Shown in pieces: positions 25,064 through 32,000 of a stretch of 32,000 bases of DNA (position 1 is the stretch's first letter; each line of letters begins with the position of its first letter). The notes below the pieces were generated by a model. The model did not search any database. It saw nothing but the letters and a program-made list of their open reading frames with translations, and was not told where the DNA came from. The DNA comes from Pseudodesulfovibrio piezophilus C1TLV30 (lineage in GTDB: Bacteria; Desulfobacterota; Desulfovibrionia; Desulfovibrionales; Desulfovibrionaceae), in contig NC_020409.1 in NCBI RefSeq assembly GCF_000341895.1, positions 2,040,001 through 2,072,000 on the forward strand. Direction: 5' to 3'. The position numbers and the translations under genes were made by a program.

Positions 25064-26263
25064 CTACTGTGACAGGATCGGCGCGATGCGCTCCAGCGCC
25101 CAGTCGACTTCTTCGCGCGTGATGACCAACGGAGGAGCGAAACGGATTATCGTTTCATGCGTTTCCTTGCACAGCAAACCTGCTTCCTTGAGTTTTTCGC
25201 AATACTGGCGAGCGCCTCCGGCTTCAGGGTGAAATTCAACTCCGAGAAGCAGGCCGCGCCCTCGAACTTCCTTGATCTTCGGATTGTTGATGGCGCGCAG
25301 TCCCTGCATGAAATACGCCCCCTGTGTGGCGGCATTGCCGATGAGATTATCCTCCACCAAAACCTTGAGCGCGGTCCTGGCAACGGCACACGCAAGGGGA
25401 TTCCCTCCGAAAGTGGACCCATGTTCGCCCGGTTTGAGCACCCCAAGCACTTCGGAATTGGAGAGAACGGCCGATATGGGGTAAAATCCGCCGGACAAGG
25501 CTTTGCCGATCAGTGTGAGGTCTGCTTCCACCCCTTCATGCTCTTCAGCGAGCATGGCTCCTGTCCGGCCCAGTCCTGTCTGGATCTCATCAAAAACAAG
25601 GACCACGCCCTTTTCGTCACAGATTCTTCGAATATCACGCAGATACCCATCAGGGGGAATGATGACCCCGGCTTCCCCCTGAATCGGTTCCACCAGGAAG
25701 GCTACCGTTTTCTCGGAAATGGCAGCTTCCAGAGCTTGGGCATCACCGAACTCTATCACTTTGAACCCCGGAGTGAATGGGCCGAACCCCGTGGTTGAGA
25801 CGGGATCGGTAGAAAAGGAGATGATCGTAATGGTCCTGCCATGAAAATTATTGCGGCAGACAATGATTTCGGCCTCGTTTTCAGGAACTCCCTTGACCAT
25901 GACACCCCATTTGCGAACAGCCTTGATTGCAGTCTCCACGGCCTCGGCTCCGGAATTCATGGGGAGAACCCTGTGGGAATTCGTCAACTCGCATAATTCC
26001 TTGTAAAACGGTCCCAATTGATCATTACGAAAAGCACGTGAGGTGAGGGTCAGTTTTTTGGCCTGCTCGCACATGGCATCCATGATCCGCCGATTGCAAT
26101 GCCCCTGATTGACAGCCGAATATGCTGAAAGGCAATCCATGTATTTTCTGCCTTCCACATCCCAGACCCAGATGCCCTCACCGCGTTCAATAACAACGTC
26201 CAACGGCTTGTAATTGTGCGCTCCATACTCATCCTCAAGCAAAACATATTCCTGAGATTTCAT
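25064..26263 (-). CDS. rocD: Ornithine--oxo-acid aminotransferase (class-III PLP aminotransferase)
   Basis: 399-aa ORF starting [47 protein letters not shown], typical of RocD/OAT. AAGGAG lies 7 nt upstream, and the ATG overlaps the gntR-family stop (ATGA). Confidence 0.9.
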   Translation of the reverse strand: MKSQEYVLLEDEYGAHNYKPLDVVIERGEGIWVWDVEGRKYMDCLSAYSAVNQGHCNRRIMDAMCEQAKKLTLTSRAFRNDQLGPFYKELCELTNSHRVLPMNSGAEAVETAIKAVRKWGVMVKGVPENEAEIIVCRNNFHGRTITIISFSTDPVSTTGFGPFTPGFKVIEFGDAQALEAAISEKTVAFLVEPIQGEAGVIIPPDGYLRDIRRICDEKGVVLVFDEIQTGLGRTGAMLAEEHEGVEADLTLIGKALSGGFYPISAVLSNSEVLGVLKPGEHGSTFGGNPLACAVARTALKVLVEDNLIGNAATQGAYFMQGLRAINNPKIKEVRGRGLLLGVEFHPEAGGARQYCEKLKEAGLLCKETHETIIRFAPPLVITREEVDWALERIAPILSQ

Positions 26264-26985
26264 GCTGTTGCTCCTTGAGCCGCCCTCATGCGGCAGTGAA
26301 ATTGACGAACATGCTGCATGGCGCGCCGCCCGGCTTCCTGGGCACGCCCCTCGGCCACGGCATGAACAAGCCCATGCAGGTCCTCAAGATTGTCGGCCAA
26401 CGTCTTGTCGCCTTCCAGATCATACTCATCCGATGAACCCAACACCTGCTCATGCACCATTCTGAGAACAGCGACGAGTAAAGGATTTCCCGTTAATTCG
26501 GCGATAAGCACATGCACTTCGATATCCCCCCGAAGGAAAGCCGCCGAATCCTTTTCCTCCAAAGCGATGCGGGCCTGAAAAAATACGTCGCGGAGCCGTT
26601 CGGCCCCTCCGGGGGTGATCCTGGCTGCGGCGAGAGAAGCGGCCATAGGCTCCACTGCCTCGCGAAATTCCCTGATGTGCTCAGGAGCTATGGCCTGAGC
26701 CTGGACAAGCAATTGCAATTGCTCAGTCAGTTTGCCCGTATCGGCCAGCGTCACGAACGCGCCTCCCGAGGCTCCAGCCCGAGTCTCAATCAACCCTTTC
26801 TGCTCCAGGACGCGGAGAGCTTCCCGTACGGTTCCCCGTCCTGTTCCGAACATTTCCTTAAGTTCCAATTCAGGCGGCAATTGATCCCCCGGTTGCAACT
26901 CCCCCTTGAAAATCGCGGTTTCAATATCTCCCACAACTCGCTGAAAACGCCTGTTTTGTTGTATTTTTTTTGGCTTAAACCCCAT
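26260..26985 (-). CDS. GntR-family transcriptional regulator, FadR subfamily (FCD effector domain)
   Basis: Winged-HTH segment [43 protein letters not shown], followed by an all-helical FCD-like C-terminal domain. The ATG at 26985 gives the typical 242-aa length. The 337-aa track ORF has an implausible Cys- and Ser-rich extension. Confidence 0.85.
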   Translation of the reverse strand: MGFKPKKIQQNRRFQRVVGDIETAIFKGELQPGDQLPPELELKEMFGTGRGTVREALRVLEQKGLIETRAGASGGAFVTLADTGKLTEQLQLLVQAQAIAPEHIREFREAVEPMAASLAAARITPGGAERLRDVFFQARIALEEKDSAAFLRGDIEVHVLIAELTGNPLLVAVLRMVHEQVLGSSDEYDLEGDKTLADNLEDLHGLVHAVAEGRAQEAGRRAMQHVRQFHCRMRAAQGATA

Positions 26986-27598
26986 AGAACCATCTTTTTT
27001 TGTGATTAAAAGTCTAATTGTCCTACCTTTAAGGCTATGCGCTGCCACCGACAAAAAGTCAAGCAAAGGCACCCAGGGAGGATTCACAGGGGGAGCCTTG
27101 CGAGGTGCCAGGCAGGAAGATCCGGAATTCTCTTTCATAAGGGAGATCCGTACAATCACTTTGCCCAAAGAACAGCGAGCAAATCCTCCACATGCACAAG
27201 TCAGATATTTCCCGCTGCAAAAGGAAAAGAGTCTCGAAAAAGAACTGCACGGAGTGCCATGGGCCTGTCCCATCTTTCCTACGGAGGAAGAATTCTAACG
27301 GGCTATTCATTTTTCCCTTATGTGCTACAGGCTCAACAGAGAGTCCTCGGACTCGAAAAGCATACTGGCACCACCGTATGCATTCAAGCTTCTCCCAAAA
27401 AGAACGGAAGCATTTTTCGATACGCACTGGATCAGAAAAAGTGACGCAGTAGATCACACGAGAAAAAGGAAGGGTCGGACATCTGTAAGACCATACCAGT
27501 CAGAATAGAAGGACACTCCTTATTTATAAGTGTTTACGATGTTCAAATGACGTATTGAGAAAACACTACATGATTTGAAAGAGAACAGACGGGGCACC

Positions 27599-30500
27599 AT
27601 GAAAGAAGAAAGCAAGGGCAAAAGCACTTCACTGGAACTGGAGTATCTCCGGGAAACCGCCCAGGATGAACAAGCGCTCAAGCTGTTCGACGTTGCCCCT
27701 TTGCCGTACCAATCCCTGGATGAAAAAGGGAACATCATCCATATCAACCGAGCCTGGATGAACCTGCTCGGATATGAGTATGACGATGTTATTGGCACCA
27801 ACTTCGAGGACTATCTCTCCCCTGTATCCATCCCGCTTTTCAAGGAACGGTTTTGTGCCTTTCTCCAGCGGGGAGAAGCGCACAGTGTCGAATATTCCAT
27901 GGTCAGAAGTGACGGAATCACACGGCAGGTTCAGGTCATAGGACGGGTCAGCACCCACGCTGACGGAAGCTTCAAGCAGACCCACTGTATTCTCCACGAC
28001 ATTTCAGACAAGCGACGGGCCGAAGAAGAGCTTGCGGCCAGTGAACACCAGTTCCGCAGCCTCTTCGAATCCAGTATAGACGGCATCATCTGTAGTGACG
28101 AAAACGGTGCCATCATCAATGTCAATCCGGCGATTTGCGGCATGCTCGGACGCAATGGGCATGACCTGGTAGGAAAAAGCGTCTGGGATATCACCCCGGA
28201 AGAATGGATGGCCCCGGAAAAGGATCTGCTGCGCCGACAGGTCTGCATGATTGGGTTTTGCGAAGAATTCCGCAAAGAACTGATCCACGCCGATGGACAC
28301 AATGTCCCTGTCTCCATCCGACTATGGATTCGTCGGGATGAGTTCGGCAACAACATCGGCAACTGGGTGTTGGTCCGGGACATCACGGAACAGATCCGCA
28401 CCGAACAGATACTCAAAGACAGCGAACGAAAATACCGAGATATATTCGAACGTTCACTGGAAGGCCTTTACCAATCGACTCCACGGGGAAAATTCATAGA
28501 CGTCAACCCTGCACTGGCAAAGATCATGGGCTACAAATCTCCCGATCAGCTCATGAATATGGTCAAAAATATCGCGGAAGACCTTTATGTGAACAGCAAG
28601 GAACGTGTGCTCTTGGTCGAAACGCTGAATAACGATGGTGGAATCACTGATTTCGAAATACAGATTCGCCGCAAGGATGGACGGTTCATATGGGTTTCGG
28701 TCACGGCCCGCACTGTGTACGGATCGGACGGCACACCGGTCATGTACGAAGGCAGCATGATCGACATCACCGAACGAAAGATGACCGAAGAAGCTCTGAA
28801 ATTGACCCAGTTTTCTGTGGATCACGCTCCCATCAGCATCTATTGGGTCAATGAACAGGGACAATTCGTGTATATCAATAATATGGGGTGCCAGGCCCTG
28901 GGATACACGCGAGAAGAACTCTCTACCATGACGGTTGCCGACATCAACCCGACCATGCATCCCGAAGATTGGTCCGAACGATGGAAAACCCGTGGAAGCC
29001 AGAAGATCAATCGATTCGAATCCGTCCATGAACGCAAGGACGGAAGCACCTTTCCCGTCGGCCTGACGACATACTCATTGACCTATGGGAGTGAAGAATT
29101 CCTCTTTTCCTATGCTGATGATCTGTCGGAAAGGCACAAAGGCGAAAAGGAACTTCGGCGCTCCCGGAATCTGCTCAACGAGGTGCAACGTATCAGCCGT
29201 ACCGGCGGTTGGGATGTGAACCTGAAGACCGGGAAGATCTTCTGGACTGAAGGCCAGCTCCACCTCCACGGTATTCAGACCGGCGAACCGCCAGACTCCA
29301 TGATGAAATACCTTGATGAGTTTATTCATCCAGAGGACAAGGCAGCTGCGAGGGCTGTGTGGCGCTCGATCATAAAAAACCGCATTCCGGCCGAAATGGA
29401 GTGCAGGATCATCCGTACCGACGGTACGGAAGCAACCATGGTCAGTGTCGGTGTCCCGGTAGTTAATGAAAAGGGTGAGTTGGAGCGAATATATGGCTCC
29501 AGCCGGGATGTCACCAATGAACGGCTGGCGGCCAGAGAACTGGAGGAATCCCACCAACGTCTGCTGACGATCCTTGATGGCATTGAAGCGGACATCTATG
29601 TGTCGGACATTAACAGCGATGAAATTTTGTTTCTCAATGCACATATGCGTAATAATTTCGGCGATCCAGGTGAAAAGACCCGCTGCCACGACATGTTCCG
29701 TGATGAGAAAGATCATTGCAGATTCTGCCCCAAGGGGGATTTGCTCGACAGCCATGGCAACCCCATGAAGACACAGGTCACAGAACGTTACAGCGCCTTC
29801 AAGGATCGATGGTATCTCAATCATGACCGTGCCATTGAATGGCTTGAAGGCAGAATGGTCCACATGCATATGGCGGCAGACATCACAGAACTCAAAAACA
29901 TGGAACGCGAACTGAAACTCGCCATGGCTGAAACAAAAGAAGCCAGCAATGCCAAAAACGAGTTCCTTGCAAACATGAGCCACGAAATAAGGACACCGCT
30001 CAACGGTTTACTCGGTATGCTCCAAATCCTTCAACTCACCAAGTTAAAAGGAGAACAACAAGATTATCTGAACACGGCCCTTGACTCGGGACGCAATCTG
30101 CTTCAGGTCCTCAACGATATCCTCGATCTCACAAAAATCGAATCAGGCAAACTCGACTTCGAAGAATACGACATGGAACTCGGTGAAGTCTTGAATTCCG
30201 TTGTTCAGGTTTTTCGCCACATGGCAGAACAACGCGGCGTGAGCATGACCTGGGAAATCGACGAGACACTACAACGACATTTTTCTGCCGACAAAGGACG
30301 ACTACGCCAGATTCTTTTCAATCTGGTGGGGAATGCCGTCAAGTTCACGGAATCCGGCTCGGTCACGGTCAAGGCCTACCCTCTGTCCACAGTCTTTGAT
30401 GACGGCAGAACACAACTCTATTTCTCTGTTGCCGACACCGGCATAGGCATCCCGGACGACAAAATAGACCAGATTTTCGACCCTTTTACTCAAGTGGACG

Positions 30501-31075
30501 GATCTTTTTCACGGAAATATCAGGGAACAGGCCTCGGTCTCGGCATCGTGCATCGCCTGGTGACACTGATGGGCGGCAGCATCGCCGTCAGCAGCCAACT
30601 GGGCAAAGGCACAACTATCATCTTTACCATTATGGTCGGCAGCCAGCAGCTCCCGCACCACTCCCAACCTCCTCTTACCGAAATCGAAAGCCGACCTCTG
30701 TCCATTCTTCTGGCCGAGGACGAACACGTCAACCGCCTCGTCGCCAAACGCCTGCTGAGCAAACTGGGGCACACCGTGACCACTGTCGAAAATGGTGAGG
30801 ATGCCATAGCCCTGCTGGGCGAGCGTTCCTTTGACCTGCTCCTGTCCGATATTCAAATGCCGGGGATGGATGGCATGGAAACAACCCGTATCATTCGCAA
30901 CAAACTCAAACTCGACATCCCGGTCATCGCCCTGACCGCCCACGCCATGAAGGGAGACCGAGGCCGGTTTATCAAAGCAGGCATGGATGGATACATTGCC
31001 AAGCCATTTGAGCTGACTGAATTAAAAGAAGAATTGGTTCGCGTCATGAACCTCAGACACACTGAGAAACACTGA
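27599..31075 (+). CDS. Soluble multi-PAS hybrid sensor histidine kinase / response regulator
   Basis: About six PAS/PAC-like modules and no TM segment. HisKA H-box (ANMSHEIRTPLNG), HATPase_c (GTGLGLGIV) and a C-terminal receiver (DLLLSDIQMPGMDG ... KPF). The track start at 27575 is a TTG, so I prefer the ATG at 27599. Confidence 0.9.
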   Translation: MKEESKGKSTSLELEYLRETAQDEQALKLFDVAPLPYQSLDEKGNIIHINRAWMNLLGYEYDDVIGTNFEDYLSPVSIPLFKERFCAFLQRGEAHSVEYSMVRSDGITRQVQVIGRVSTHADGSFKQTHCILHDISDKRRAEEELAASEHQFRSLFESSIDGIICSDENGAIINVNPAICGMLGRNGHDLVGKSVWDITPEEWMAPEKDLLRRQVCMIGFCEEFRKELIHADGHNVPVSIRLWIRRDEFGNNIGNWVLVRDITEQIRTEQILKDSERKYRDIFERSLEGLYQSTPRGKFIDVNPALAKIMGYKSPDQLMNMVKNIAEDLYVNSKERVLLVETLNNDGGITDFEIQIRRKDGRFIWVSVTARTVYGSDGTPVMYEGSMIDITERKMTEEALKLTQFSVDHAPISIYWVNEQGQFVYINNMGCQALGYTREELSTMTVADINPTMHPEDWSERWKTRGSQKINRFESVHERKDGSTFPVGLTTYSLTYGSEEFLFSYADDLSERHKGEKELRRSRNLLNEVQRISRTGGWDVNLKTGKIFWTEGQLHLHGIQTGEPPDSMMKYLDEFIHPEDKAAARAVWRSIIKNRIPAEMECRIIRTDGTEATMVSVGVPVVNEKGELERIYGSSRDVTNERLAARELEESHQRLLTILDGIEADIYVSDINSDEILFLNAHMRNNFGDPGEKTRCHDMFRDEKDHCRFCPKGDLLDSHGNPMKTQVTERYSAFKDRWYLNHDRAIEWLEGRMVHMHMAADITELKNMERELKLAMAETKEASNAKNEFLANMSHEIRTPLNGLLGMLQILQLTKLKGEQQDYLNTALDSGRNLLQVLNDILDLTKIESGKLDFEEYDMELGEVLNSVVQVFRHMAEQRGVSMTWEIDETLQRHFSADKGRLRQILFNLVGNAVKFTESGSVTVKAYPLSTVFDDGRTQLYFSVADTGIGIPDDKIDQIFDPFTQVDGSFSRKYQGTGLGLGIVHRLVTLMGGSIAVSSQLGKGTTIIFTIMVGSQQLPHHSQPPLTEIESRPLSILLAEDEHVNRLVAKRLLSKLGHTVTTVENGEDAIALLGERSFDLLLSDIQMPGMDGMETTRIIRNKLKLDIPVIALTAHAMKGDRGRFIKAGMDGYIAKPFELTELKEELVRVMNLRHTEKH

Positions 31076-31088
31076 CTCGAAAGGAATG

Positions 31089-32000
31089 CTAGGAAATGAA
31101 AAGGGGCGTATCCCCGTCACCACAGGCGCGGGCAGTCCCGATATGCGCCGCCAAGTCTCCCGCTTCAAGCAGCATGGACCGGGCATCAGCCAGCTTCTCA
31201 GGAGGAACGGAAAGAATCAACCCACCCGAAGTTTGCGCATCGAACATCAAATCGAAATGAATGGGATCAAGCCCATGAGTGAGCGTCGTCTTGGGTTTGT
31301 AGTAGTCCCGGTTGCAGATTGACCCGGCAGGCAGCATTCCCATACCCGCCAGCTCAAGCGCGTGCTCGATAAGCGGCACGGCATTCATCTCAAGCTCGAT
31401 GGAGACCCCGCTGGCCTCTGCCAGTTCGATGAGATGCCCACCCAAGCCGAAGCCGGTGATATCCGTGGCTCCCAGCAGACCCAATTCACGAATCACGTCA
31501 CCTCCGGCCCTGTTGAGCCGACCGCACACACGAAAAAGTATTTCTTCCATGGCATCCGCGCCGGGCATCTCGCCCTTGACCGCTGTTGCCAGCACCCCCG
31601 TACCGATGGGTTTTGTCAGAAGCAGTGCATCACCAGGCCGCACTCCGCGGTTAGAGGCAAACCCATCAGGCTCGACCAACCCGGTGACTGATAATCCGTA
31701 TTTAAGCTCCTCGTCCTCGACACTGTGCCCCCCTGAAGGGACGGCTCCAGCCTCTTCCACGGCATCCTTGCCACCACGCAGGATGTCGGTCAGGACCTGG
31801 CCGGACATCGTCTTGATCGGGAAACAGACAATATTCATGGTCGACCACGGCGTGCCGCCCATGGCGTAGACATCGGAGAGGGAGTTGGCAGCGGCGATTC
31901 TGCCGAACCGATAGGGATCATTGACGATAGGCGTAAAGAAATCAACAGTCTGGACCAATGCCTTGCCAGCGGGAAAAGACAAAACCACAGCGTCCTCGTT
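31089..32000 (-). CDS. selD: Selenide, water dikinase (selenophosphate synthetase), 3' part; N-terminus lies outside the window
   Basis: FFTPIVNDPYRFGRIAAANSLSDVYAMGG...LLLTKPIGTG... is canonical SelD / AIR-synthase-fold sequence. The ORF is open to the window edge. The catalytic Cys/Sec near the N-terminus is not visible. Confidence 0.9.
   Translation of the reverse strand, partial: NEDAVVLSFPAGKALVQTVDFFTPIVNDPYRFGRIAAANSLSDVYAMGGTPWSTMNIVCFPIKTMSGQVLTDILRGGKDAVEEAGAVPSGGHSVEDEELKYGLSVTGLVEPDGFASNRGVRPGDALLLTKPIGTGVLATAVKGEMPGADAMEEILFRVCGRLNRAGGDVIRELGLLGATDITGFGLGGHLIELAEASGVSIELEMNAVPLIEHALELAGMGMLPAGSICNRDYYKPKTTLTHGLDPIHFDLMFDAQTSGGLILSVPPEKLADARSMLLEAGDLAAHIGTARACGDGDTPLFIS

Noticed and set aside
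26986-27273. N-terminal 96-codon extension of the GntR-family ORF
   Set aside because: The extension is Cys/Ser/Pro-rich and unlike any GntR N-terminus. The winged-HTH starts right after the internal ATG at 26985, which gives the typical length of about 240 aa.
27366-27382. Sigma-54-like promoter element TGGCAC-N5-TATGCA upstream of the hybrid kinase
   Set aside because: The GG-to-GC spacing is one nucleotide longer than the rigid -24/-12 consensus (TGGCAC-N5-TTGC). No enhancer-binding protein gene is nearby. Another TGGCAC at about 15498 is only 10 nt from the fliJ ATG and lacks a -12 element.
1-32000. Window-wide search for mobile elements, CRISPR arrays, tRNA/rRNA/tmRNA/RNase P/SRP RNAs and defence-system genes
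   Set aside because: I saw no transposase, integrase or recombinase-like ORFs and no regularly spaced direct repeats. I saw no cloverleaf-like or conserved ncRNA motifs in the non-coding gaps, and no nuclease, helicase or methyltransferase clusters. The scan was by eye only, so short or degenerate elements could have been missed.

Overview
This window looks like ordinary chromosomal DNA of moderate GC (by eye), not an accessory island. The gene content (many PAS sensors, HD-GYP/PilZ/GGDEF-EAL proteins, anaerobic cobalamin cbiA, selD) is consistent with a Desulfovibrio-like sulfate reducer, but that is inference only. I support about 30 protein-coding genes. I found no rRNA, tRNA, CRISPR array, transposase, integrase, phage gene or recognisable defence gene.

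Layout:
- A 12-kb run of minus-strand genes covers 402-12401. In transcription order: periplasmic binding protein, Cache/HAMP/PAS/GGDEF/EAL enzyme, nhaA, TPR protein, cbiA, MFS transporter, AMMECR1 protein, PilZ protein, HD-GYP protein, small membrane protein.
- Then dinB, an unknown secreted protein, a fliJ/MotE-like pair, a WbuC cupin, and two convergent EamA transporters with sfsA.
- Then an HDOD protein, an operon of an 82-aa ORF, a thioesterase and a VOC protein, and a gntR-rocD operon followed by a COG2403 (cpgS-like) P-loop gene.
- Last, a 1158-aa soluble multi-PAS hybrid histidine kinase and a 3' fragment of selD.

The dominant theme is signal transduction, especially c-di-GMP: HD-GYP, PilZ, GGDEF-EAL and HDOD. 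I see no clear novel system.

Most checkable oddities:
1. An orphan binding protein translationally coupled to the GGDEF-EAL enzyme.
2. A PilZ / HD-GYP / membrane-protein operon.
3. The gntR-rocD / COG2403 cluster with a 278-nt spacer.
4. A Cys/His motif in the last PAS-like module of the hybrid kinase.
5. Two unusually long non-coding gaps (about 0.6 kb and 0.34 kb).

All functional calls come from motif recognition in the supplied translations. No database search was possible.
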